From positions 1-64,000 of the IMG/VR virus record IMGVR_UViG_3300042197_001567: a stretch of 64,000 nucleotides of DNA; one strand, 5' to 3'. This document shows positions 18,482-29,230 of the stretch, piece by piece. This DNA comes from a virus. A program made the translations under genes and the position numbers. The notes beneath the pieces are model-generated. The model did no database searches. It was not told the DNA's origin and was given only the letters and a program-made list of their open reading frames with translations. Position 1 is the stretch's first letter. The number at the start of each line of letters is the position of its first letter.

Positions 18482-20296
18482 ATGGAAGAAAATAAGAAAT
18501 TAACCGTTTGGCAACGATTGTCCAAAACATTTGGTCCTAATTCGTTGTTAGGTCAAGATGTACCTACATATAGATTTGATAAAAAAGAATTATTAAAAAC
18601 TAGAGATAAAAATCAATACGATAAAGAATTACTTCAGGCTCAACAATCTATGTATTTGTCTAATCAGTGGGCAAAAATAGAAAGTAATTTATATACTCAA
18701 GCAATTTATTACGAACCAACAAGGTTGGCATCATTTTATGATTATGAGTCCATGGAGTTCACACCTGAAATATCAACAGCGTTAGATATCTACGCCGAAG
18801 AGTCCACAACACCAAATGAAGATGGACACGTATTGTCAATTTATTCGGAATCTAAAAGAATAAAGGCCATATTAGCCGACCTTTTTAATAACACACTTGA
18901 TATAAACACCAACTTACAAATGTGGATTCGAAACACTTGTAAGTATGGTGATAACTTTGTTTACATGAAGTTAGATCCAGAAAAAGGTATCATCGGAGCG
19001 GTTCAATTACCAAATATCGAAATCGAAAGACTAGAGAGAGGTATGAAACCAAAAACTCAAAACACTGAAGTCAAAACTGATGAAAAAGGTTTGAAGTTTA
19101 ACTGGAAAGAAAAAAATATGGAATTCAATAGTTGGGAAGTCGCACACTTTAGACTATTAGGTGACGATAGAAAACTTCCTTACGGAACATCAATGTTAGA
19201 AAAAGCTCGTCGTATTTGGAAACAATTAGTATTGGCTGAAGATGCGATGTTAATCTACCGTACATCAAGAGCCCCAGAAAGACGTGTATTTAAGGTATTT
19301 GTTGGTAACATGGACGACAAAGATGTTGAGGCTTATGTTCAAAGAGTTGCCAACAAATTTAAAAGAGATCAAATTGTTGATAATAAGACCGGTAATGTTG
19401 ATTTAAGATTTAATCAAATGGCGGTTGACCAAGATTACTTTATTCCTGTACGAGATGCGGCACAAACAATGCCAATAGAAACATTACCTGGTGGTACAAA
19501 CTTATCTGAAATTGCAGATATCGAATATATCCAAAAGAAACTTGTAACCGCATTGAGAATACCTAAAGCATATTTGGGTTTTGAAGAACCAGTTGGTGAT
19601 GGAAAAAATCTATCATTATTGGATATTCGTTTTGCAAGAACAATCAACAGAATTCAAAAAAATATTTTATCAGAATTAAATAAAATTGCAATTGTACATT
19701 TATTCCTTTTAGGATTCGAAGACGAACTTCAAAACTTTACATTAGGGTTAAATAATCCATCTAAACAAGCAGATCTTCTAATGGTTGATGTTTGGAAAGA
19801 AAAGGTATTATTATATAAAGATCTGGTTTCTGAAATTCCTAATTCAATTGCACCTACTTCAGCAACTTGGGCTAAAAAACATATATTTGGATTCTCTGAT
19901 GAAGATATTAAATTAGATGTACAAAGAATGAGAATGGAACGAGCAGTTGCCGCTGAATTAACAAATACCGCAACAATTATTTCACACACAGGTATGTTTG
20001 ATCAAATAGACAGATTATATAAAACTGTATCTGGAGCGACTGAAGGAGCAGCAGCTGAAGGTGGAGATGAAGGATTACGAGGTTTAGGAGGACCACCATC
20101 ACCACCATCAGGACCACCATCACCACCATCAGGACCACCACCAGGACCAGAACCTGGAGGACCGGCCGGAGGTCTTCCGGAAAACAAAATAAATTTGGAA
20201 AAATTAATTTTAGAATCTGAAGAAGACGACTTTTTTCAACGAAACGGATCTTTAGGTGAAATGGAAAAAGAATTATTGCGAATATTGAAAGATTAA
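18482..20296 (+). CDS. Portal protein (T4 gp20-like)
   Basis: PEISTALDIYAEE, YGTSMLEKARRIWKQL.LAEDAMLIYRTSRAPERRVF, DYFIPVR, LPGG.NL..I.DIEY. Confidence 0.95.
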   Translation: MEENKKLTVWQRLSKTFGPNSLLGQDVPTYRFDKKELLKTRDKNQYDKELLQAQQSMYLSNQWAKIESNLYTQAIYYEPTRLASFYDYESMEFTPEISTALDIYAEESTTPNEDGHVLSIYSESKRIKAILADLFNNTLDINTNLQMWIRNTCKYGDNFVYMKLDPEKGIIGAVQLPNIEIERLERGMKPKTQNTEVKTDEKGLKFNWKEKNMEFNSWEVAHFRLLGDDRKLPYGTSMLEKARRIWKQLVLAEDAMLIYRTSRAPERRVFKVFVGNMDDKDVEAYVQRVANKFKRDQIVDNKTGNVDLRFNQMAVDQDYFIPVRDAAQTMPIETLPGGTNLSEIADIEYIQKKLVTALRIPKAYLGFEEPVGDGKNLSLLDIRFARTINRIQKNILSELNKIAIVHLFLLGFEDELQNFTLGLNNPSKQADLLMVDVWKEKVLLYKDLVSEIPNSIAPTSATWAKKHIFGFSDEDIKLDVQRMRMERAVAAELTNTATIISHTGMFDQIDRLYKTVSGATEGAAAEGGDEGLRGLGGPPSPPSGPPSPPSGPPPGPEPGGPAGGLPENKINLEKLILESEEDDFFQRNGSLGEMEKELLRILKD

Positions 20297-20319
20297 TATA
20301 TTTATAAAATAAACTAATT

Positions 20320-21036
20320 ATGAAATTCGGTCTTTTAAAAAGTAAAATAGAAAAATATTTAGTTGAATCTTACAAAGGAAAAAATTTTAAAGATTCAATG
20401 TTTGTCTTTGATGAATTAATCTTGAAGAACAAAAATTTGTCCAAACTTTTTTATTTATATGATGAATTATCATCAAACAAGTCATTAAGTGAATCAGTTG
20501 CAAATGAATACATAAATGAATCTATTACCATATTTGAAAACACAATAAATAAAATTTCTAAAAATCAGATTGATGAAATTCAGTTGTGGGTTGGTCATGT
20601 GAAAAGCGAAAACAAATATTCTGACATTGACAATTTATTTTCATCAAATTTACTAACTCTTGAAAATAAATTGCAAAGTAGAAAAGTACTTTTAGAAAAA
20701 TTAAAAAAGTCTTCAACCAAAGAAGATCTTATTGAAAATGTTAGTTTGAATACTTTAGTTGAAGCCGCAAATAAAACGGTAAATAAATATATTAATGGAT
20801 TAAATCCATCAAGTAAAAAAAGACTACTTAAAGTTTTATCGGAAAGTGATTCTAAATTACAAACAAAATATGAAATATTAAAAGAATCAGTTGTTGAGAA
20901 ATTGGAGGATCTAAAATCTAATGAATCAGAAACTGATGTGATTAGTAGAATCGATGAAACAATTCAAAAATTATCAAATGAAGAATACAACAAAATTGCA
21001 TACTTCAAATTGTTTGAATTGAATAAAAATCTTTAA
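20320..21036 (+). CDS. Hypothetical head-module protein
   Basis: 238-aa helical ORF following portal, TATTTAT upstream. Confidence 0.75.
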   Translation: MKFGLLKSKIEKYLVESYKGKNFKDSMFVFDELILKNKNLSKLFYLYDELSSNKSLSESVANEYINESITIFENTINKISKNQIDEIQLWVGHVKSENKYSDIDNLFSSNLLTLENKLQSRKVLLEKLKKSSTKEDLIENVSLNTLVEAANKTVNKYINGLNPSSKKRLLKVLSESDSKLQTKYEILKESVVEKLEDLKSNESETDVISRIDETIQKLSNEEYNKIAYFKLFELNKNL

Positions 21037-21221
21037 TTATTATTGTTGAATTTTTTCTGAACGTAGGCGGCCTTTTTATTTTGTTGTCTTTTAACAACAG
21101 ACTTTTTAGTAAATTCTCGTCTATCGTTCAAAATTGAATTTTGTCTGGTTTTGATAACCTTACTTTTTAATTCCTTTATCGCCCTTTCGATATCGTTCTT
21201 TTTTACTTTTACAATTAACAT
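21033..21221 (-). CDS. rpsU: Phage-encoded ribosomal protein bS21
   Basis: MLIVKV...IERAIKELKSKV.KT......L.DRREFTKKSVVKR....KAAYVQ matches the Bacteroidota bS21 pattern. Confidence 0.9.
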   Translation of the reverse strand: MLIVKVKKNDIERAIKELKSKVIKTRQNSILNDRREFTKKSVVKRQQNKKAAYVQKKFNNNN

Positions 21222-21308
21222 ATACGTTTAAATGGTTTTATATTTGATATATACTTCAAATTTACGTATTTTTTCTAAAAATAAACTAGTTAAGTATGAA
21301 AAAGTTTT

Positions 21309-21776
21309 ATGAAAAAAGGCAAAACCTCAAAAATCAATGGTTTTAGAACTTCAAAAGTATCTTACGGAACCGTTGATTCCAAAGAATTTAAATCACTCTA
21401 TTTAAACATTCAAACCTGGGTAGAACCCAAAAAAGAAGTCGACAACTGGTCAAGACTTGTTTTAAACACAAATCGATCCATCAAACATTCGGTTTACAAT
21501 AATTTAGATAAAGTAATGTTCGATGATAAATTTATTGTGGATATGGATTTAAGAACCAGTGGATTACAACTCAAGAAAAAATCTTTTATGAATCTAGAAA
21601 TAAATTTATTTTTATCACAAGATATAGATTTCAGATCTATAAAATTAAAAAGATCATTAAAAAAATTGACCAAAGATATCTATGATGATGTTTTTATAAA
21701 AAACGAAAACTTCAAATTTTATCTTACCAAAAACGGCAACACCAAAAAAACTATTATAAAAACCGAACTTGTTTAA
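21309..21776 (+). CDS. Hypothetical protein (head module)
   Basis: 155-aa basic ORF between bS21 and prohead protease. Confidence 0.75.
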   Translation: MKKGKTSKINGFRTSKVSYGTVDSKEFKSLYLNIQTWVEPKKEVDNWSRLVLNTNRSIKHSVYNNLDKVMFDDKFIVDMDLRTSGLQLKKKSFMNLEINLFLSQDIDFRSIKLKRSLKKLTKDIYDDVFIKNENFKFYLTKNGNTKKTIIKTELV

Positions 21777-21803
21777 TATTTATAAAAAAAATAAATAACA
21801 AAC

Positions 21804-22532
21804 ATGAAAATATTAGGACCCAACGAAATTGGAAAAGGTATTCTTGTTGAATACGATGCCGGATATATAAATCCAATGGAAAGAAGAAATCTAGATTTAA
21901 TTAGAGAAAACAAATCTTTTTTGGACTACTCAAAACCTTTTGAATTCTATGCGGTACTTCAAAAATATAATACCCCAAATAGAAACGGTAGAGTATATCC
22001 CGAGAAGATATTAAAAAGAGAAGCCGACAACTATAAAAAAATGATCGACAAAGGTGTTGCGTTGTCAGAGTTAAATCACCCAGAGTCTTCTTTGATTGAT
22101 TTGGATAGGGTTTCACACGCAATTACTGAAGTGTGGTGGGAAGGTCCGGTTCTTCTTGGTAAATTGAGATTACTAACAAGTCCCGGTTTTCACGAAAGAG
22201 GCATTGTTTCAACAAAAGGTGATTTAGCCGCTAACTATCTTCGTCAAGGAGTTACATTAGGTATTTCTTCTCGTGGAGTTGGTTCACTTAAAAAAGTTGG
22301 TGATCAAAACGAAGTCCAAGATGATTTTGAATTAATTTGTTTTGACTTGGTATCATCACCATCCACACCTGGAGCTTACTTATTTGTCAATAAGGATGAT
22401 AGAATGAAATTTGAGGAAAACTTGGATGAAGAAAAAAGTATGAATTTGGAAAGAGCAACTGGTATGAATACAAGTTCTATTGATAAAACAAAAAGTTTAA
22501 TGGATAAATTATCCGCATTTCTTGATAAATAA
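21804..22532 (+). CDS. Prohead core protease (T4 gp21-like)
   Basis: NRNGRVYP, ELNHP, VSH, GISSRGVGS, FDLVSSPSTPGA. Confidence 0.95.
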   Translation: MKILGPNEIGKGILVEYDAGYINPMERRNLDLIRENKSFLDYSKPFEFYAVLQKYNTPNRNGRVYPEKILKREADNYKKMIDKGVALSELNHPESSLIDLDRVSHAITEVWWEGPVLLGKLRLLTSPGFHERGIVSTKGDLAANYLRQGVTLGISSRGVGSLKKVGDQNEVQDDFELICFDLVSSPSTPGAYLFVNKDDRMKFEENLDEEKSMNLERATGMNTSSIDKTKSLMDKLSAFLDK

Positions 22533-22568
22533 TATTTTTACTATTATACTTTTCTAAAAATTATAATT

Positions 22569-22784
22569 ATGGAACAAGGAGAAAAGTATTTTGTGGCAAA
22601 AATTTCATCAGATTCAGTAGATAACGAAACTGGTCGTGTGAAAAAATTAAAAGAAGAAAAGTTAGTGTTGGGATATAGCCCAACGGATGTTGAAGCAAAA
22701 GTTACAAAGGTTTATGAAAATTACACTATGGATTGGAGAATCACTTCGATCACAGAAAGTAAAATCGATGAAGTAATCGAGTAA
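22569..22784 (+). CDS. DUF4494-like small protein
   Basis: YF.AKI......GRVKKLKE..LV...S.T..EAKV.......I.SI.ESKI.EV pattern. Confidence 0.55.
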   Translation: MEQGEKYFVAKISSDSVDNETGRVKKLKEEKLVLGYSPTDVEAKVTKVYENYTMDWRITSITESKIDEVIE

Positions 22785-22807
22785 TTATTTAAGTTTATTT
22801 TAATATT

Positions 22808-22836
22808 AAAGGGATGACGAAAGTTGTCCCTTTTTT
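22808..22836 (+). terminator. Intrinsic terminator
   Basis: AAAGGGATGAC-gaaa-GTTGTCCCTTTTTT. Confidence 0.85.
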
Positions 22837-22908
22837 GTTTTATACAAATAAAACTGATTTTTTTCTAAATTCAAAGTATTTATATTAATAAAAATCCAAA
22901 AAGAATAA

Positions 22909-24540
22909 ATGGAAAGAAACATTAATGAAATTGAAGACGCTCTTTTTCAAGTGAAAAACCTTGAAGAGTCTCTCAAAAAAAATGCACAAGGAATACTTTC
23001 TTCAACTATGAAGGAAGAAATCAGTTCGTTAGTAAAAGAATCTCTTAAAAAAGAGGTTGATGAAGAAGATGTTGAAGACGATACAGATGATGAATCGGAT
23101 GATACTGATAATACAATGGATGACATGGAAGGTTCTACAGAAGATGATGTTATAGATGACATAGATTATGAAGAAGACGATTCAATAACAGAACCACCAG
23201 TGACTCCAGAAGATGGTGATGTCGAAACTATTGATTTGAGAGGCGAAAAAAACATGGATAATGTTATGAGAGTCTGGATGTCAATGGATCCTAACGACGG
23301 AATCATTGTAACAAAAGACGATGAAATGATAAATTTATCAGATAAAAACACAGGAAAGGAATATATGATTTCTTTAAATGAGTCTGAAGATTTTTTTGGA
23401 GATCCAAATGAAGAAGATCCATTTGAAGATGATGAATATGACCCAAATTATGACGAATATGAGTCTTTAGGAATTCCTGATGATATGCCATCATATAAAA
23501 CTAAATGGCATTCAGATGAAGATGAGTTAACCGGTTTCGAAGATAATGAAGATGGTGATTATGATCCATTTGAAGACGTTGATTATTCTCAACTAGAAGA
23601 AATGATGGGTGAACTCGGTAATTCAAAAAAAAGACGCGAGGATGACATTATGTATGAACTTGAGTTAAACGACAAATCTGAATTCATGGAAGATTCCGAT
23701 TCAGATCTTTTTGGGGACGAATACAGTGAATTTATGAAGGATTATGATTCAGATGATGATCTAATGGGAGGTGAAACTCTAGAAGATTATGACCTTGAAG
23801 TAGATCAAAGTATTTTTGAAGCCAAAAAAATGTCAGCAAAACCAAAAGGTGTTACCGGACATGGTCCAAAATTCAAATATGGTAAAACAAATAACTTCGA
23901 AATAAAAAAACAACCAACAGCGTTTGGTAAAGAAGGTGTTAAAGCCAAAGGAACTGGCAAAGCTAAGTTCGAATATGATGAGGATGTAAACATGGATGGA
24001 TACACAGAAAAACCAACCAAAAGAACAGAAAAGCCAACCAAAAGAAAAGAGTTTAAAGAAGCATCAAGAACATTAGGTAATGGTTCTAACTTTAGAAAAG
24101 GTGGTCTTCCAAAACCAAGAGCACATTCTAAAGCTAATACCGCTATCAATGAAGAACTTCAATTAATGAGAGAAAAAAATGAAGAGTACAGAAAAGCTCT
24201 TAATTTGTTCAGAAATAAATTAAATGAAGTTGCAGTATTTAACTCAAACTTGGCTTACGTAACAAGATTGTTCACTGAACATTCAACAACTAAACAAGAA
24301 AAGATTAACATTCTACGTAGATTCGACAATATCGAAACTATTAAAGAATCTAAAAATCTTTACAAAGTTATCAAATCTGAACTTGGTTCAGGACAAAAAT
24401 CTCAACAAACAATTAAAGAATCAGTTCAAAGATCTGTAGAAAGAACACCTAGTACGGGTTCTGCAGTGAATTTGATTGAATCCAAAACTTATGAGAATCC
24501 ACAGTTTTTAAGAATGAAAGATTTGATGAAAAAAATATAA
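22909..24540 (+). CDS. Prohead scaffold/core protein (gp22-like by position)
   Basis: Highly acidic, coiled-coil C-terminus, lies between protease and MCP. Confidence 0.7.
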   Translation: MERNINEIEDALFQVKNLEESLKKNAQGILSSTMKEEISSLVKESLKKEVDEEDVEDDTDDESDDTDNTMDDMEGSTEDDVIDDIDYEEDDSITEPPVTPEDGDVETIDLRGEKNMDNVMRVWMSMDPNDGIIVTKDDEMINLSDKNTGKEYMISLNESEDFFGDPNEEDPFEDDEYDPNYDEYESLGIPDDMPSYKTKWHSDEDELTGFEDNEDGDYDPFEDVDYSQLEEMMGELGNSKKRREDDIMYELELNDKSEFMEDSDSDLFGDEYSEFMKDYDSDDDLMGGETLEDYDLEVDQSIFEAKKMSAKPKGVTGHGPKFKYGKTNNFEIKKQPTAFGKEGVKAKGTGKAKFEYDEDVNMDGYTEKPTKRTEKPTKRKEFKEASRTLGNGSNFRKGGLPKPRAHSKANTAINEELQLMREKNEEYRKALNLFRNKLNEVAVFNSNLAYVTRLFTEHSTTKQEKINILRRFDNIETIKESKNLYKVIKSELGSGQKSQQTIKESVQRSVERTPSTGSAVNLIESKTYENPQFLRMKDLMKKI

Positions 24541-24611
24541 AAAATAAACTTTTTTAAAAAACCGTATATTTATTATATACATAAAAAATAAAGCTAAAAA
24601 AAATTAAAAAA

Positions 24612-26459
24612 ATGGGAGCATTATTAGAATCAGGTCTTGTTGGTAACATCGGTCTTAAGCACCTTAAAGTTATCAAAGAAGATACTATTAACAAATGGGA
24701 CAGATTAGGGTTCCTTGAAGGCTTAAGAGGCCACCTAAAAGAAAACGTAGCACAGTTGTATGAAAACCAAGCTTCTTTCTTGATTAACGAAGCAACTTCT
24801 GAAGGTTCTAACGGAGCATTCGAAACAGTTGTTTTCCCTATCGTAAGAAGAGTTTTCTCTAAATTGTTGGCTAACGATATCGTATCTGTACAAGCTATGA
24901 ACTTACCTATCGGTAAATTGTTCTACTTTGTACCTAAAATCCAAGGGTACTCCAATGATGTTGCTGCCGATGGCGAAGCAATTCACTATCCACCAATTGG
25001 TTCTCCTGAAGCAGTATCTGCAACTCCATCACAAAATGACCCTAACCAAGGTTATAGTACTGGATATCCTTACGCTAAAAATCTTTATGATTTATTCTAC
25101 GAAGGTGCAGAACCAGGATTAGATCCTGCTGGTCTATTTGACTACTCAAAAGGTCGTTGGTCCGCAGCAACCGCTCTAGCAACTGTTGTAAAATGGTCTG
25201 GAGGTGATTTAGTACCTGCAAATAACGATGACGCTGCTTACCTTGGTAACACTAGAAAAGTACTTATCAAACTTTGTGGATGGTCTTCAGTTTTAGGGGC
25301 TGGAAAATTAATTGGTCCTGATGGAAATGAAATCGATAGTGAGACTTTCTTGTCTGACTTAAAAATTTTACCAGGAGCTGGTTTATCATTTGGTACTGGT
25401 TCAGTATGTCCTACACCAACTTCTACAACACCTTTGTTATTTAGAGTTGTAACTCAAAAATATGGTAAAGGAATTGTACAGTATGGTAATCAACAACCAA
25501 CTACATTTGCTAGTACTGGTAATGGTGGTTCATTCTATGATATCTGTAACGCTGATGGATGTATTATCCTTGAGGTAGACTTGTCTTGTCCAGCATGTGC
25601 ATCATGCGGTGATGATTCACTTGATGGTTACACTGGATCAACAATTGATGAAATTTTATCTGGTAACTCATTTGTTGCTGTATGGAGAAAATACGAAGAA
25701 CTAGAATTCGAAGAAAAAATTGGTGAAGTTTCTTTCGATTTAGAATCAGTAACTGTTTCTGTAAGTGAAAGAAAATTAAGAGCACAATGGTCTCCAGAAC
25801 TAGCTCAAGACGTTGCGGCGTTCCACAACATCGATGCTGAAGCTGAATTAACAGCATTGTTGTCAGAACAAGTTGCTGCTGAAATCGATAGAGAAATTCT
25901 ACGTGACTTGAGAAAAGGAGCGGCTTGGAATTTACGTTGGGACTACAATGGATGGAGAAGATTGTCTTTGACAACTTCTTACACTCAAAAAGACTGGAAC
26001 CAAACTTTGATCACAGCAATCAACCAGTTGTCAGCACAAATCCACAAATCTACTTTGAGAGGTGGAGCTAACTGGATTGTTGTTTCTTCTGAAGTTTCAG
26101 CTATTTTTGATGATCTTGAGTACTTCCACGTATCAAATGCTTCGCCAGAGCAAGATCAATATAACATGGGTATTGAAAGAGTTGGTACTTTAGCTGGTCG
26201 TTACCAAGTGTATAGAGACCCTTACTTCCCACCAAACACAGTTTTGTTAGGACACAAAGGAACATCGTTACTTGACACAGGTTACATCTACGCACCGTAT
26301 GTACCTCTACAATTGACACCTACAATGTATAACCCATTCAACTTTACGCCTATCAAAGGTATTATGACCAGATACGCCAAAAAGATGGTAAACAATCGCT
26401 TCTACGCCAGAATTACCGTGGATGGTGTTCGTACATTTGATTTAAGAGAATTGAGATAA
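24612..26459 (+). CDS. Major capsid protein (T4 gp23-like)
   Basis: FPIVRRVF, VSVQAMNLPIGKLFY, RKLRAQWSPELAQD, DAEAEL, EIDREI, YAPYVPL, GIMTRYA. Confidence 0.97.
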   Translation: MGALLESGLVGNIGLKHLKVIKEDTINKWDRLGFLEGLRGHLKENVAQLYENQASFLINEATSEGSNGAFETVVFPIVRRVFSKLLANDIVSVQAMNLPIGKLFYFVPKIQGYSNDVAADGEAIHYPPIGSPEAVSATPSQNDPNQGYSTGYPYAKNLYDLFYEGAEPGLDPAGLFDYSKGRWSAATALATVVKWSGGDLVPANNDDAAYLGNTRKVLIKLCGWSSVLGAGKLIGPDGNEIDSETFLSDLKILPGAGLSFGTGSVCPTPTSTTPLLFRVVTQKYGKGIVQYGNQQPTTFASTGNGGSFYDICNADGCIILEVDLSCPACASCGDDSLDGYTGSTIDEILSGNSFVAVWRKYEELEFEEKIGEVSFDLESVTVSVSERKLRAQWSPELAQDVAAFHNIDAEAELTALLSEQVAAEIDREILRDLRKGAAWNLRWDYNGWRRLSLTTSYTQKDWNQTLITAINQLSAQIHKSTLRGGANWIVVSSEVSAIFDDLEYFHVSNASPEQDQYNMGIERVGTLAGRYQVYRDPYFPPNTVLLGHKGTSLLDTGYIYAPYVPLQLTPTMYNPFNFTPIKGIMTRYAKKMVNNRFYARITVDGVRTFDLRELR

Positions 26460-26481
26460 TCAAAATCTTAAAAATATAAGG

Positions 26482-26509
26482 AAAAGGGACAAGAAATTGT
26501 CCCTTTTTT
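26482..26509 (+). terminator. Intrinsic terminator after MCP
   Basis: AAAAGGGACAA-gaaa-TTGTCCCTTTTTT. Confidence 0.9.
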
Positions 26510-26553
26510 GATGTGTTTTTCTTAACAATAGAGATAATGAGAGTATTTATAGT

Positions 26554-27234
26554 ATGAGAAAAATTATATTTAATGATGAACAAATAAAAGATATAATATC
26601 TTTATATGTTAATAATATTTGGGGAACTAGACAGATTGGTGAAAAGTATTCGGTTTCTGAAAAAACAATTAATAGGGTTTTAAAAGAAAATGATGTTAAA
26701 ATGGATACTCCGGGTAGACGATATTTTGGAGGAAAAAAAACATCTGATAAAAAATATTACGAATCTAATAAAGAAAAAATATCAGAATACTATTCTGAAT
26801 GGAGAGAAAAAAATAAAGAACATCTAAAAGAATATCAAAAAAGATGGAGAGAAGATAATCGTGATAAGTTGAGAAAAACCAAACGTGATTACGAAAGAAC
26901 ACGTAAAGCAAATGACCCCCTCTATAAACTAATCAATAATTTCAGAACTGCGATTTATCAAGTTCTAAAAGAAAATAATCTAAATAAAAATGGTCATTAT
27001 TTTGACATTCTAAAATACACACCAGATCAACTAATTTCTCATTTAGAAAGTAAGTTTACTAAAAATATGACGTGGGATAACTATGGTGATTGGCACGTTG
27101 ACCACATTAAACCTATTTCATCTTTTATAATTTCAGAAATAGGAGATTCAGAATTTATGAAATGTTGGTCTTTAGACAATCTTCAACCTTTGTGGGGTGA
27201 AGAAAATTTAAAAAAATCAAATAAATTACTTTAA
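26554..27234 (+). mobile_element. Free-standing HNH homing endonuclease
   Basis: N-terminal HTH, charged helical linker, C-terminal MTWDNYG.WHVDHIKP...NLQPLW..ENL.KSN. Confidence 0.8.
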
Positions 27235-27435
27235 TAATACTCTTATTGATTTTGATAAAACTTCAGTTTCACCTATGGTAAAACAGTTTTTATCATACGC
27301 ATGACGTACGGCTTCAATAAGATAAACAAGTGCATGATTTTTATCCATAGTATCCAAAATACTATCTAAATGATCTTCAGTCTGTAGATCAATTCTGTTA
27401 AACAGATTACCAAATGATTTATTTTCATTTTCCAT
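27226..27435 (-). CDS. Hypothetical protein
   Basis: 69-aa ORF. Confidence 0.65.
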   Translation of the reverse strand: MENENKSFGNLFNRIDLQTEDHLDSILDTMDKNHALVYLIEAVRHAYDKNCFTIGETEVLSKSIRVLLK

Positions 27436-27457
27436 ATTTTATTATATTTATATAGTA

Positions 27458-28978
27458 ATGATAACAGATTCTTTAATAAAGAAAATATTACGTGAAGCAA
27501 CAACTGACTCTGGAAGTAGAGGGTCGTATACGCCACCATTACAACCAGGATTAAGAGATTTTGTAAATAAATTATCTCCGTATAATATATCTGTTTCAGA
27601 TTATAAAAGTCCTTTGGTACAATATGATAGTTATGATCATACATGGGACTTAAGACGTGATGAAATCAAAAAACTAGAAAAAACCGCAAAAAAAGTAACT
27701 GATTTTATTAAAAGTCATCCGGATTCCACATTTACAGATGAAGATGGAGGTATTATAAACCAAACCCCAAGTGGAAAAAATAAAAAAACATCCGAAATAG
27801 TACCAATCAAACGTAATAAAAATAAATTAAACGAAATAACTACCACAACTACTGCCGGTGAGTATTCGGGACCTCAAGAATTGGGTATTAGAAATTGGAC
27901 TGATAATGAACTAGGAGCTTTTAGAATAAAATCCGACATTCCAATAAATAACCAAATTATTAAAAAATTTATTAAAAAAAATGTTTTAAAAACAGTTGGT
28001 GGTTGGGAACCTAGAAAAGGAAAATTTAAAATTGATACTGGATATGCGGGTGAAGAAAAAGAAAAAAAGGTAGATAAAAAAGGTGTTATAGATAATGAAG
28101 TAATTGATTGGTATAAAAATTCTTATAAATCGAAACTAAAAGAAAATTCCGTAAACGAAGATTTGGCCGTGTGGTTTGGAAAAAAGAAAAAACCAAAGGG
28201 ATCATCTCAACCTAAAGGACCTTGGGTTGATATATGTAGAAAAGTTGATGGAAAACACCCCCCTTGTGGAAGAAGTGATACAAGTAAAGGATCTTACCCC
28301 AAATGTAGAGCAGCAGGAGTTGCTGGTAAAATGAGTGATTCACAAAAAAGATCTGCTTGTCAACAAAAAAGAAGGGCCGAAAAACAAGACACACAAACAG
28401 GTAAAGGTCAAAAACCAATAATGACAAGTTATAAACCAAAAAAGAAATTAAAAGAAGACATGAGACAACAAATTATTACATTAACCGAATCAGACATTAT
28501 GAAAATCGTTAGACGAGTTCTAAAGGAACAAAACGTTGGTGATGACGTAAGTAATTTAGGAAACTTGAGCATGAAATGTATTGCATACAACTCAAAAACA
28601 CCATATACATATGATATTGATGGATATAGAGGTGAAGGTACTGTAGAAGAAACTGGTTATGGTCTTGGTTTTAACATAGTAAGATCGTCAAACATTCCTA
28701 TGGATGGAATTGCTGGTGACCCATCACAACCAACTTTAGTTGAATTGGAAGACATGTCTGTAGAGTTACTTAATTATTTAAAAACTAGATTCACTAAAAA
28801 TCCGATTACCGGAGAAGATATCGATTGGAGTACTACAGCAGTAGACAAAAAAGTTATTTACGTTAAAAACTTGGTTTCATCTTTTAAATTTGCTTGTAAA
28901 GTTGATGAGCAAAGAACAGACCCATTATGGATATCGTTCTTTAAAGATACTGCATACAACCTACCGATTGTTGCTTAG
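27458..28978 (+). CDS. Modular hypothetical protein (possible head-packaged protein)
   Basis: LIKKILRE and ITLTESDIMKIVRRVLKE motifs; Cys module WF...WVDIC...PCGRS...YPKC. Confidence 0.7.
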   Translation: MITDSLIKKILREATTDSGSRGSYTPPLQPGLRDFVNKLSPYNISVSDYKSPLVQYDSYDHTWDLRRDEIKKLEKTAKKVTDFIKSHPDSTFTDEDGGIINQTPSGKNKKTSEIVPIKRNKNKLNEITTTTTAGEYSGPQELGIRNWTDNELGAFRIKSDIPINNQIIKKFIKKNVLKTVGGWEPRKGKFKIDTGYAGEEKEKKVDKKGVIDNEVIDWYKNSYKSKLKENSVNEDLAVWFGKKKKPKGSSQPKGPWVDICRKVDGKHPPCGRSDTSKGSYPKCRAAGVAGKMSDSQKRSACQQKRRAEKQDTQTGKGQKPIMTSYKPKKKLKEDMRQQIITLTESDIMKIVRRVLKEQNVGDDVSNLGNLSMKCIAYNSKTPYTYDIDGYRGEGTVEETGYGLGFNIVRSSNIPMDGIAGDPSQPTLVELEDMSVELLNYLKTRFTKNPITGEDIDWSTTAVDKKVIYVKNLVSSFKFACKVDEQRTDPLWISFFKDTAYNLPIVA

Positions 28979-29229
28979 TCTTTCTTTTTATATTTAATTT
29001 CACCGGAAACTAAAGTTTTTAAAATTTCAAAAGCCTCAACGTCTGACAATGTTTCCATGTACATGATAAAATCTTGTTGATTTGGACTTGCGTTTGAAAT
29101 GTCAACCCCACGAACAACATTTGGATTTGTTTGTGTTTGTTTTGTGGTATCAACAGGTGTTGTCGGTTTAGTTTGTGAAAAACTAACAAAGGATAAAAAT
29201 AAAGTGGAGATAAAGATTAATGTTTTCAT
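28975..29229 (-). CDS. Small secreted protein
   Basis: MKTLIFISTLFLSFVSFS/Q Sec signal peptide with Gln at +1. Confidence 0.7.
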   Translation of the reverse strand: MKTLIFISTLFLSFVSFSQTKPTTPVDTTKQTQTNPNVVRGVDISNASPNQQDFIMYMETLSDVEAFEILKTLVSGEIKYKKKD

Positions 29230-29230
29230 A

